Origin: Patescibacteria group bacterium
GTDB taxonomy: Bacteria > Patescibacteriota > Minisyncoccia > Phycocordibacterales > JAKFXT01
Direction: 5' to 3'
Assembly: GCA_021731245.1 (NCBI GenBank)
Contig: JAKFXT010000015.1
Span: forward strand, 14,889 to 78,888
Length of the DNA: 64,000 nucleotides
The notes under the pieces are model-generated. The model was not told where the DNA came from. It was given only the letters and a program-made list of their open reading frames with translations, and searched no databases. This document shows positions 10,229 to 19,447 of the stretch, one piece after another. Position 1 is the stretch's first letter; every line of letters begins with the position of its first letter. The position numbers were made by a program, and so were the translations under genes.

Positions 10229-11139
10229 AAATTATTATTTTTGGGGGTTCAGGATTTTTGGGTAGTTATGTGGCTGACACCTTGACTGAAGATGGTCACA
10301 AGGTGACTATTTTTGATTCTTGTAAGTCGGAATATTTAAAAAAAGGACAGAAAATGATAAAGGGGGACATTACCGATCAAAAAGCGGTTGAGAATGCAAT
10401 CAAGGGATGTGATATAGTTTACAATTTTGCTGCTATTGCAGATATTGATGTCGCCAAAAACAATCCAATTGATGTCATTAAAGTAAATGTCTTAGGAAAT
10501 GCCCATATCTTAGAGGCGGCTCGAAAGGCAAAGATTAAACGATTTATTTACGCAAGTTCGGTTTATGTCTACAGTAGATTCGGAGCTTTTTATAGTGATA
10601 GTAAGTTGGCTGGAGAAAAAATGACCGAAACATATCAACGCCAATTTGGCTTACCTTTTACCATTTTGCGCTACGGCTCTCTCTATGGCCAAGCTCGATC
10701 AAATCATCTAAGTAGTGTCAATAAATTTATTAATCAAGCCATTAAAGAAAAGAAAATTTATTATCCGGGTACAGGGGAAGAAGTGCGTGAATATATACAC
10801 GTCAAAGATGCGGCTCGTTTGAGTGCAGAAATTCTTGCGCCAGAATTTAAAAATCAGCACATTCTTATTACTGGTCATCAGACAATTAAATCACGTGAGC
10901 TTCTCGTTATGATTAAAGAAATTCTTAATTATGATATTGATATTAAGTTTTTAAATTTAGGAAATCGCGAGCATTATCATATGACTGGCTATAGTTTCCA
11001 ACCAGGCCTTGCTCGTAAACTCACTCCCAAGACTTCAGTTGATATGGGACAAGGGCTACTTGATTTGATTTCAGACACACATCGTCGCATTCATCCCGAG
11101 GGTTACGACGAACATCATAAACATTTTCCAGACCACTAA
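10225..11139 (+). CDS. NAD-dependent epimerase/dehydratase
   Basis: GGSGFLG, ASSVYV, YSDSK, LRYGSLYG, REYIHVKD. Confidence 0.9.
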   Translation: MKIIIFGGSGFLGSYVADTLTEDGHKVTIFDSCKSEYLKKGQKMIKGDITDQKAVENAIKGCDIVYNFAAIADIDVAKNNPIDVIKVNVLGNAHILEAARKAKIKRFIYASSVYVYSRFGAFYSDSKLAGEKMTETYQRQFGLPFTILRYGSLYGQARSNHLSSVNKFINQAIKEKKIYYPGTGEEVREYIHVKDAARLSAEILAPEFKNQHILITGHQTIKSRELLVMIKEILNYDIDIKFLNLGNREHYHMTGYSFQPGLARKLTPKTSVDMGQGLLDLISDTHRRIHPEGYDEHHKHFPDH

Positions 11140-11145
11140 TTCTCC

Positions 11146-11865
11146 ATGCAACCTTCAAATATCTTTGTCCATAAAACTGGTCTTGAAAAATATTTTGCCA
11201 AAGCAATTTCAAATAGACTGGAGGAAAATAAAGATAAAAATATTTTACTTCTTCTTTCCGGAGGCTCATCTCTAAAAGTTCTAGATTATGTTGATCAGAA
11301 AGTCTTGGGGAAAAATATTACAATCACACTATTAGACGAGCGCTTTACTACAAATACTGAAATAAGTAATTTTCTACAATTAACAAAAACTGATTTTTAT
11401 AAAAAAGCAAAAGAAGAAGGGGTTACTTTTATTTCCGCAGTATGCAAAGATGGGGAATCTTTGGAAGAAGCCTCAAAAAGATGGGAAAACGCGCTTCGGA
11501 GGTGGAAGGAGTCGTCTCTTGGTGATTCTCTTGTAATAGCAATAATGGGCATCGGCACTGATGGCCATAGTGCTGGAATCATGCCTTTTCCTGAAGATCA
11601 AAATATATTTAGCGACTTATTTGAAAAAGATGAAAAGTGGATTGTGGGATATGATGCGGGGAATAAAAATGAATTTCCACTGCGTATGACCGCCACTATT
11701 TCTTTTTTGAAAAGAATGGTTGATTATGGCTTTATGTATGCCTCTGGAGAGGGTAAGAAAGAAATTCTAAAAACAATTCTTAGAACAGATGAGGTAGCAA
11801 AATATCCCGCGTCAGTTATTCATAAAATGAAAAACGTAGAGCTTCATACTGATACTGAATTATAA
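11146..11865 (+). CDS. 6-phosphogluconolactonase-like protein
   Basis: LSGGSS, LDER, MGIGTDGHSAGI, RMT, GEGK. Confidence 0.75.
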   Translation: MQPSNIFVHKTGLEKYFAKAISNRLEENKDKNILLLLSGGSSLKVLDYVDQKVLGKNITITLLDERFTTNTEISNFLQLTKTDFYKKAKEEGVTFISAVCKDGESLEEASKRWENALRRWKESSLGDSLVIAIMGIGTDGHSAGIMPFPEDQNIFSDLFEKDEKWIVGYDAGNKNEFPLRMTATISFLKRMVDYGFMYASGEGKKEILKTILRTDEVAKYPASVIHKMKNVELHTDTEL

Positions 11866-12432
11866 AAGACACTTTTTGATTTCTTTTATAGCTTCAAGAA
11901 GGTTTCTCATATCATTGACCGCATCATGGGCGTGAAGTGGCTGATCGGAAAAGGCGCTAATTAAGGTTCCACTTGAATATCCTTTCGGATCAATATTAAG
12001 AGTTTTAAGCGTGGGAAAAATAATTCCTCTAATATCAGGGATACGCTCATTTGGAAACGGGAATTCGATTCCTATCAGTTCACAATTTTCTCTAATGATT
12101 GCTTCATCGCTCCCATATGCATAGGTGGGTAAGTCTCCGATAAATTCTTTTATTTTCAAGACACAATTCTCTAAAATCATACCCGAATCAACTTCTTCCT
12201 GTGAGATATGAGTCAGATTTTTTATATAATCCGAGAGTATGGGATTCTTAACTGGTTTTACAAAAAGTTTTAAACTTGCTTCTTCTTCCAGTCCCTCTTT
12301 TATGAGAATCATTCCGACTTGGATAATTTCTTTGTACTCATTTGGACCACTCCAACCCCGCTCGAAACTCCCTGGCCAGGCAGTGTATTCAGTATCAAGA
12401 AGTACAAACCGCTCTGGTAATTGGAGATTCAT
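11860..12432 (-). CDS. DEDDh 3'-5' exonuclease (ERI1/KapD-like)
   Basis: LLDTEYT, EIIQVG, VKPVKNPILS..LTHISQ, HDAVND. Confidence 0.85.
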   Translation of the reverse strand: MNLQLPERFVLLDTEYTAWPGSFERGWSGPNEYKEIIQVGMILIKEGLEEEASLKLFVKPVKNPILSDYIKNLTHISQEEVDSGMILENCVLKIKEFIGDLPTYAYGSDEAIIRENCELIGIEFPFPNERIPDIRGIIFPTLKTLNIDPKGYSSGTLISAFSDQPLHAHDAVNDMRNLLEAIKEIKKCLL

Positions 12433-12486
12433 AATATTTTTGAATAGTAGCATGTAATAAGGTTTTAAACTTTATATCACGTATTC

Positions 12487-12515
12487 TTGACATTAATGAA
12501 GATATTTGTTATAAT
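12487..12515 (+). promoter_or_regulatory. Consensus sigma70 promoter
   Basis: TTGACA-17 bp-TATAAT. Confidence 0.8.
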
Positions 12516-12564
12516 AAGCAGTGGAGATCTCCCCTTCGGCGAGATCAAATGAAAGAGGTATTCA

Positions 12565-13005
12565 ATGCTCAATCGGAATGTACCACACGGTGGAATTGGC
12601 GTGATTTGGGTCAGGAAGGCCCATATGTTGGGGTTTCAAAATGGTACGACCATGTGTTTCGTACGCCCGGGCGATCGATCTGATCCGGAGAAGGCGAAGG
12701 GTAATCCGATCGGAAAGCCCGTCCCGGTCCGCTTCATCTCGAAGCCGGGCATCCAGGGTCAGGTTGACCCGCAATTCTTTCCGGACGATGGCACCACCAT
12801 CGAACTGACAGCGTGTTTCGCAAAGAAGATTGGCGAGTTGACCGCGGAAGATCTGGTCGGCGCATCTCCCGACTACGGAACACCGGAGCTCGTGAAATAT
12901 CACCTCGCTGTGTTCTACGACATGTCTCCATTGGGGGACGATGACGTGGTGACAGTGTCTCGGATCAAGCATCTTCCGAAGGTGGTTGATTCCGAAGCGG
13001 TCTGA
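12565..13005 (+). CDS. GC-rich orphan, ASCH/PUA-like domain protein
   Basis: SD GAAAGAGG; FVRPGD and KKIGELTAEDL...LAVFY...DDVVTV resemble ASCH motifs; own promoter and terminator. Confidence 0.6.
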   Translation: MLNRNVPHGGIGVIWVRKAHMLGFQNGTTMCFVRPGDRSDPEKAKGNPIGKPVPVRFISKPGIQGQVDPQFFPDDGTTIELTACFAKKIGELTAEDLVGASPDYGTPELVKYHLAVFYDMSPLGDDDVVTVSRIKHLPKVVDSEAV

Positions 13006-13027
13006 AAACGACCATGAGACCATCCTT

Positions 13028-13060
13028 GGCCGCCTGCGGTTATGCAGGCGGCCTTTTCTT
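13028..13060 (+). terminator. Intrinsic terminator
   Basis: GGCCGCCTGC-GGTTAT-GCAGGCGGCC followed by TTTTCTT. Confidence 0.85.
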
Positions 13061-13067
13061 TTTGTAG

Positions 13068-13140
13068 ACATTGACCGTATAGTATTTGTTGATAGTCTTA
13101 CTTGGCAATGAAAAAAGAAGGAGTCTCAATTATTTTTTAA
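13068..13140 (+). pseudogene. Decayed duplicate of the promoter and first 10 codons of the 13622 gene
   Basis: 13068-13101 matches 13583-13616 at 31/34 nt; mini-ORF MKKEGVSIIF* versus MKKQNILVIFG. Confidence 0.65.
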
Positions 13141-13159
13141 TGATAATATTACAATATAT

Positions 13160-13516
13160 ATGGATGGAATTCATAAAGTTGTAGAAAGTTTGCGTAAGGC
13201 AATGATTGAAGCTGACAAGCTGACTCTTCTAAATCTTGTTGCAGATGAGCTTAGTTATGGTCATGCTAGTGGCACAATTGAAGACAAGACAAGTTTCATC
13301 TCCTCTATTATTACTGGAAATAATAAGTACAAAGCGATTGAGGTCTCTGGAGAGACCGTTAAAATTGTTGATGATGTAGGAATCGTTCGGCATCGATTCA
13401 AAGCGGAAGTTTTGATTAATGGAAAACCATTCAGTGCAGACATTAATGTCATGCAGGTTTGGCAAAGGCAACAAGATGAATGGAAACTTCTAGCGAGACA
13501 AGCTTTCAAAGTTTAA
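13160..13516 (+). CDS. NTF2-like / DUF4440 protein
   Basis: L.DELSYGHASG..EDK..F, VWQRQ..WKLLARQA. Confidence 0.8.
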   Translation: MDGIHKVVESLRKAMIEADKLTLLNLVADELSYGHASGTIEDKTSFISSIITGNNKYKAIEVSGETVKIVDDVGIVRHRFKAEVLINGKPFSADINVMQVWQRQQDEWKLLARQAFKV

Positions 13517-13621
13517 AAATCTAACAAAGGGTAGATTTTATTATTATTTTTCAATATGTTTGGCAACTCTTTAATTCTTGTTACATTGACCGCATAGTAT
13601 TTGTTTATATTCTTACATGTT

Positions 13622-15406
13622 ATGAAAAAGCAAAATATCTTGGTTATTTTTGGAGAGGAGTTTCCTTCCAGTTTGTCTAAATTAGAATCTCGTAACAGTG
13701 TTATTATGGCTGTTCAAAAGTTAAAACTAAAAGTTGAAGCAGCTGGTTTTGAATTTATTCCAATCGAATCTTATATTGAACCAGGAAGTGTTTACGAAGC
13801 AAGCTCTTTAGCTGAAGAAATTTCTCATATTAAATTGCGAAATGGGACTCGCATTACTAAATCCATTCTTTATGAGGGCTATGAATTATGGTGGATTCAT
13901 TATGATAGTCTATATTTTTATTTTGCACTGCCCTATACTCAATATAGAAAACTCCTTTATTATACAAAGGATTTTAAAAATGTTTTCTTTTACAAACCTC
14001 CTTTTGAAAATCTTTTCTTTTATTTTCTTGGCGCCAATGATTGCAAAGTCTCTATATTGAGAGAGGTGAAATTAAGAAGTTTTTCTTTTTTGCCGTTTGG
14101 TGTTTTTCTCCAAATTTTAATCACCCTCATCTGTTTGCCTATTCTTATGTTGAAGAGGAGTAAATTCATGTTGTTTACGGGCGATAAATTTGAACAATCA
14201 AAGGACTATGATTTTAGATTGAAATTTATATATGAAGAACTACGACATAGAAAAACTCCTTTTGTTGAATTTGTCAGAAGTCTCGAGTCTTGGAAAATAA
14301 TGCTTGACCACTTTTTTGTAAGGAGACGTCCTGTCATTTATTCTGAGGCTGTGAATTTTCTTGGTAAATTTTCCGGTTTTATTTCTGGTGCTCGTTTTTT
14401 TGCTAAACGAAAATTGAACTTAAACACTTTTGGGTCTGACCAAGATCCTCATACACGATTTAAAATTTTGGTTGCCACACGCTCCCTTCTGTCTATCTAT
14501 GACGATATTCGGGCCATAAGGATTATGAAATTTATTTTGCGTGCTATAGGAGTTAAAGCCGGTTATATCACCGCGGCCTTAGAGAGAAATTTTCACACAG
14601 TGCTGGCTTGTAAATTAAATAATATTCCTACAGTAGGTATTTTGCACGGAGCTCCCTCTCGTTATTATAATGCCTATGATTTTTTATTGCCTTTTGATGG
14701 AAAAAATATGTCAGTTGACTCTTACGGTCTATGGAGCGAGTGGTGGAAGGAATATTATTTAAAATACAGTAAGGCTTACCAAAAGGATCAGCTTTTTGTT
14801 TCGGGGCCTATGCGTCCAATGGAGAGGAGTAAAATACAGAGTAATGATTCTGGTACTTTGACTTCTAATAGAAATACCACTATTAAAGTTCTTTTTATAT
14901 CAGAACAGCTCGGGGTGCCATCTGAAACAGTGCCGTTTCTGGAGGCACTTCTTGAGGAAAAAGATATTTCTCTTTATCTAAAATTTCGACCATACAAAGA
15001 TGGTTTTGAGGAATGGCTAAAAGAATATAGGCCGGATATTTTGGAGAAAATAGACAAAGCGAAGATTTTTCGCGGCCCCATGAATGAGGCGATTGCAAAC
15101 TCTGATGTGGCTGTTGGCTCCCACAGTACGGCAGTGCTTGAGGCTTTGCTTCAGTTGAAGCCCCCGATTTTCTTTCAAAGCAAAAAGTGGGGTGATTGTT
15201 TTGAGTTAAAAGATTATAATACTCAATTCAAATTTTTTGTGGAAAGCGAAGAGGAATTGATTGATTGCATAAAAAAGAGTGTAGAAATTCCTAAAGATAT
15301 CTTAAAAAAACTTCAAGAGAGATATTTTGGCGACCCGTATAAAAATGGTGGCAGATGGGTTGTTGATCAACTAGAAGAAGCTTTAAAGGGGCGCATAACA
15401 AAATAG
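13622..15406 (+). CDS. Polysaccharide biosynthesis protein, probable GT-B fold
   Basis: IPTVGILHG, VSGP, LKFRP, SDVAVGSHSTAVLEAL in the C-terminal half; glycan locus context. Confidence 0.55.
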   Translation: MKKQNILVIFGEEFPSSLSKLESRNSVIMAVQKLKLKVEAAGFEFIPIESYIEPGSVYEASSLAEEISHIKLRNGTRITKSILYEGYELWWIHYDSLYFYFALPYTQYRKLLYYTKDFKNVFFYKPPFENLFFYFLGANDCKVSILREVKLRSFSFLPFGVFLQILITLICLPILMLKRSKFMLFTGDKFEQSKDYDFRLKFIYEELRHRKTPFVEFVRSLESWKIMLDHFFVRRRPVIYSEAVNFLGKFSGFISGARFFAKRKLNLNTFGSDQDPHTRFKILVATRSLLSIYDDIRAIRIMKFILRAIGVKAGYITAALERNFHTVLACKLNNIPTVGILHGAPSRYYNAYDFLLPFDGKNMSVDSYGLWSEWWKEYYLKYSKAYQKDQLFVSGPMRPMERSKIQSNDSGTLTSNRNTTIKVLFISEQLGVPSETVPFLEALLEEKDISLYLKFRPYKDGFEEWLKEYRPDILEKIDKAKIFRGPMNEAIANSDVAVGSHSTAVLEALLQLKPPIFFQSKKWGDCFELKDYNTQFKFFVESEEELIDCIKKSVEIPKDILKKLQERYFGDPYKNGGRWVVDQLEEALKGRITK

Positions 15407-16632
15407 TATCCAACTAAAGTACTAAAAGATCTCATAATGATATGTGTGATTATGAGACCCATGAGACCGTAGAGGGGAAGTAAAATAAAGAAAAGTATTA
15501 TTTGAACCACAGGGATAATCGTTCGATAAAAATACAACTCCTTCTTTTTTTTGTGAGCCGTTAAGGTTTCATTGAACACTGTTCCTGCGATCGCAAGAAG
15601 AGTCAGGGAATATATTTGAGAGTAAAAAACTGAATCGAGATATTGGGGAAATAAAAATTTGTAGAAATAGGGTGCGGAAAAAATCCATACACCAGCCAAA
15701 GTAAGAGCGTATAGTGCAAGCAATAGAGCTTTGTGAGGAGCTGATTTTTGAATTTCTTCAAAGGGACGTTCGGCCAACTTTGGTTGAATGAGAGAGCTGA
15801 GGATTTTTTTTCCACCTTGGAGTTGTTCAACCGGAGCGATTGCAAAGGCGTAAATAGCAAGGGGTGCTGCTCCTAGATAATGAAAGATTAAAATTTTATC
15901 TAGATACCCAGCAATCGTACCAATAACTCCAATTAGACTTAGATGTTTACCGTAAGAAACAATACCAGAATCATCTTTTCCGGTTTCATTTTTATATATA
16001 TCTCTTGTTTTGACATAGAAAAATAATGCCAGTATTGCGCCCACTATAAAATAAACAGAGATGATTATTGGTAAGCTTCGTGAAAAAAATAGAGCTAGAA
16101 TAATCGCTGTGGTTAGGGAAAAATTACGGATTATATTATATAAAGAATCTCTTTTAAAATCTTTTTTCCCCTGAAGGAATGAGCTATAAAGACCGGCACT
16201 TGAGATTATTGGGTACGTAATTCCTGCTAAAAGAAAAGAATAAGACAGTAAAGCATTTTGATTTAAATAATAGTAAAGGCTCATAATTAATCCACCTAGA
16301 AATATTCCTACACTCCACCTCAGGTTTATCTTAAAATTTTTAGAAAGAGAATTTCTAAAACCGCTAGCGACAGATTGAATGACCGAAGCGCCAAGCCCAG
16401 TAAGTGAAAAGGCGCTCAGAATGCCCACCATTGAAAGAATAAATTTGTAAGTACCAAATGATTCTTTTGAAAATAAGTTAGCAAAAGCAAGAGAAATAAG
16501 AAATCCAGAAATAACAGCGATGCCCTGACTTAAGGAAAGCCAAGTACCACCCTTAGTGAGATAGATTAAATCAGTTTTAAGGTGACGACCGCCAAAACTC
16601 AACAGTTCAAAAGCCCTTTGTTTTAGGTTCAT
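15367..16632 (-). CDS. Oligosaccharide flippase (Wzx/MOP family)
   Basis: About 12 TM helices, FSKESFGTY, LDKILIFHYLGAAPLAIY. Confidence 0.85.
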   Translation of the reverse strand: MNLKQRAFELLSFGGRHLKTDLIYLTKGGTWLSLSQGIAVISGFLISLAFANLFSKESFGTYKFILSMVGILSAFSLTGLGASVIQSVASGFRNSLSKNFKINLRWSVGIFLGGLIMSLYYYLNQNALLSYSFLLAGITYPIISSAGLYSSFLQGKKDFKRDSLYNIIRNFSLTTAIILALFFSRSLPIIISVYFIVGAILALFFYVKTRDIYKNETGKDDSGIVSYGKHLSLIGVIGTIAGYLDKILIFHYLGAAPLAIYAFAIAPVEQLQGGKKILSSLIQPKLAERPFEEIQKSAPHKALLLALYALTLAGVWIFSAPYFYKFLFPQYLDSVFYSQIYSLTLLAIAGTVFNETLTAHKKKKELYFYRTIIPVVQIILFFILLPLYGLMGLIITHIIMRSFSTLVGYYFVMRPFKASSS

Positions 16633-16713
16633 AGACTTTAAAACTATGTTAACTGGACTAAGGTGTCTTGGCTAGTCATGAGTACGCTGTAGTGATATAG
16701 TAACGCCCTATGA

Positions 16714-16830
16714 ATCCCGTTAGAAATAGCGAACAACGGTTTGTTAATATGTCGGTATGGTCGTCTTCTGTTACTAGTATAAATTATAGTAGAACGTTGA
16801 ACTTTTTCGCGTTCTCTTTCTAATGGGATG
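16714..16830 (+). repeat. Start-codon-linked inverted-repeat element, copy 2
   Basis: ATCCCGTTAGAAA (16714-16726) ... TTTCTAATGGG-ATG (16817-16830). Confidence 0.8.
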
Positions 16831-19185
16831 AATAATGTCTTGCGCTATGGCATATTACTTGGGCTCTTTTCAATACCATTCATCCCTCTTATTGTTTCCA
16901 GTTCTATGTTTTTCCCGTTTATAACAGGGAAAAACTTCACTTTTCGCATAATAGTTGAAATCATATTCGCTCTCTGGCTAATTCTTTCTTTAAGAGAAAC
17001 TTTATATAGACCTAAGTTTTCTGGTATTCTAGCCGCTTTCTCCGCTTATGTAGCAATTATTTTCGTGGCTGATTTAAATAGTGAATATGTTTTAAAAAGT
17101 ATTTGGAGTAATTATGAACGCATGGAAGGTTTTGTCACTTTAATTCACCTTCTCGCTTACTTTGTTGTTCTTGGTTCAATGTTTATAAAGCGTAGTACTT
17201 GGGACCATTTCTTTAATTTAATGCTTATAGTAGCGTCCGGTCTTTCTACCTACGGGTTATTTCAGTTGGGTGGGTTTCTTACTATTAATCAAGGAGGAAT
17301 AAGAGTAGACGGAACTCTAGGGAATGCTACTTATTTTGCAATTTATTTGGTTTTCCACTTCTTCTTAGCTTTAATGTTAGCCATAAGACAGAAAGGACTA
17401 GAGTGGGATGGACTTTCACGTTCAATAATTACTGCTTCCGCGGTTTTCGTTCCTTTGGTTATGTTTGGCTTTTTGCCGCAAGGAGCTGAAGCTAAAGAGG
17501 GTAGAGAAATCTTTGCTTGGATTATACCCATTGTTGCTTTAGCGACAGTAGGACTATCTTTTCTTAAGAGACAGTATTTATATTTGTTTATTTCAATATT
17601 TTATACTCTCGTACTTTATTACACAGCCACACGCGGAGCTATCCTAGGTCTTATTGGGGGCACTTTGCTCGCATCTCTTCTCATAGCCTTATTTGAAAAA
17701 GAGGAAAAATCTTTGAAGAGAATTTCTTGGGGAATAGTGGGGGCTGTTTCTATAATTGTTATCGGTTTCTTTTTTGTTCGTAATACAGATTTTGTAATGA
17801 CAAGCCCCGTATTGAGTCGCTTTGCAACAATTTCACTAAACGAAACAAAAACACAAGCTCGTGCCTATGTTTGGCCGATGGCAATTCAAGGTTTTAAAGA
17901 AAGACCGATATTAGGTTGGGGGCAAGAAAGTTTTAATTATGTTTTCAACAAAAATTACAACCCAAACATGTTCAATCATGAACCTTGGTTTGATAGAACT
18001 CACAACGTTTTTCTAGATTGGCTTATTGCAGGCGGTATTCTCGGGCTTCTTGGATATTTATCTTTATATGTTTTTGGTTTGTATGCTTTGTGGAAAAAGA
18101 GCGATATGGCTTTTGCCGAGCGTGCAGTTTTGGCAGGTCTTTTTTCTGCCTATATGTTCCACAACTTTTTCGTATTCGATAATTTGATTAGTTATTTGTT
18201 ATTTGTAATATTTCTTGCCTTTCTTCACTTTGATACGGCTAAGGATTTCTCTGAAAGAACGTCTTTCATATCTGGCCCAATAAACAATATGAGTAATCTA
18301 GGCCTCTCTATTATGAGCTCTGTAATTGTTGTTTTGGCTGTCTGGGGAGTTTATGCGATTAATGGCAAAGCCATAGCCGCGAACACAACTTTAATTCAAG
18401 CTATTAATGGTGGCACGCAATCAACTCCAGCTGACAGATTGAAGACTTTTCAAAAGGCGATTAATTATGAGACTTTTGGTAATCAGGAAATACGAGAGCA
18501 GTTGATTCAAGTTGCTTTTGCTTCTTCTCAATCAACCACAATGTCTCCTCAGGACAAGGAGGCTTTCTATCAATACACCAAGGCTCAGTACGAAGAGATG
18601 ATAAAACAGGCACCAAACGATACTAGGCATCGTATATTTTTCGGCACATTACTAGGTAATCATGGCGATTATCAGGCGGGGCTTAATCAGTTTTTAGAAG
18701 CACAAAAACTTTCACCTAAAAAACAAACTATACTTTTTGAAATTGCCAGATTTCATTTGATAGCGGGCGACAATGATGGGGCTATTAATATTTTGAAAGA
18801 TACTTTGGCGCTTGCTCCAAGTAATGATGATGCGCGCATTAGTCTTGCGGTTGCGGCAATATATGCAAAGCAAAATGAATTTGCCAAACAGGTATTAATG
18901 GAAGGCTTTAATACAACCGCTTATTCCAACGAACAACTACTTCGTGCTTATTTTGATACAAAACAATTTGATCAGGTTCTTGCTATATGGCTTAAACGCG
19001 CAGAGAGTAATCCAACTTCTCGTAACTACGCTGGAGTTGCGGCTTCTTATGTGCAACTTGGAAGAAAAGTAGACGCTAGATTGGCATTAGAAAAAGCACG
19101 AGACTTGGAACTTGATCCAAACATTAAATCTCAATATCAGAAGTTTATAGATGATTTAGTGGCGGGGAAGAATATATTGCAGTAG
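16828..19185 (+). CDS. O-antigen ligase-like (Wzy_C) membrane protein with C-terminal TPR domain
   Basis: GTLGNA, TATRGA, RPILGWGQESF, DRTHNVFLD; helical TPR tail. Confidence 0.85.
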   Translation: MNNVLRYGILLGLFSIPFIPLIVSSSMFFPFITGKNFTFRIIVEIIFALWLILSLRETLYRPKFSGILAAFSAYVAIIFVADLNSEYVLKSIWSNYERMEGFVTLIHLLAYFVVLGSMFIKRSTWDHFFNLMLIVASGLSTYGLFQLGGFLTINQGGIRVDGTLGNATYFAIYLVFHFFLALMLAIRQKGLEWDGLSRSIITASAVFVPLVMFGFLPQGAEAKEGREIFAWIIPIVALATVGLSFLKRQYLYLFISIFYTLVLYYTATRGAILGLIGGTLLASLLIALFEKEEKSLKRISWGIVGAVSIIVIGFFFVRNTDFVMTSPVLSRFATISLNETKTQARAYVWPMAIQGFKERPILGWGQESFNYVFNKNYNPNMFNHEPWFDRTHNVFLDWLIAGGILGLLGYLSLYVFGLYALWKKSDMAFAERAVLAGLFSAYMFHNFFVFDNLISYLLFVIFLAFLHFDTAKDFSERTSFISGPINNMSNLGLSIMSSVIVVLAVWGVYAINGKAIAANTTLIQAINGGTQSTPADRLKTFQKAINYETFGNQEIREQLIQVAFASSQSTTMSPQDKEAFYQYTKAQYEEMIKQAPNDTRHRIFFGTLLGNHGDYQAGLNQFLEAQKLSPKKQTILFEIARFHLIAGDNDGAINILKDTLALAPSNDDARISLAVAAIYAKQNEFAKQVLMEGFNTTAYSNEQLLRAYFDTKQFDQVLAIWLKRAESNPTSRNYAGVAASYVQLGRKVDARLALEKARDLELDPNIKSQYQKFIDDLVAGKNILQ

Positions 19186-19193
19186 GATTTTTC

Positions 19194-19221
19194 TTGACTT
19201 TTGGCTCAAATTTGCTATAAT
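19194..19221 (+). promoter_or_regulatory. sigma70 promoter with extended -10
   Basis: TTGACT-16 bp-TATAAT with TG extension. Confidence 0.7.
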
Positions 19222-19227
19222 AGAGAG

Positions 19228-19430
19228 TAAGTGAGTGCTAACACAATCTTGTTGGTTCTAACGAATGTCTGCGAAAGAGCCCCTAAGGGAAACCTTGTGG
19301 GGCCTTTTCGTGCCCGCACATAGGCTTTTTGTTATACTTCGACTGAAGTCCTGATTATTCTTATGTATGGCTCCCGGCCTGCGCTCACTTAAGACATTAG
19401 TTTTGGAGCTAGCACCCGGGGGCCATATAT
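19228..19430 (+). ncRNA. Structured RNA of unknown class (6S-like, or small-ORF mRNA with sequestered start)
   Basis: Four G-U-tolerant helices: 19228-38/19381-91, 19250-70/19392-414, 19271-311 hairpin, 19363-77/19416-30; begins 7 nt after the -10. Confidence 0.5.
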
Positions 19431-19447
19431 CGGTGTAATTTTTATTT

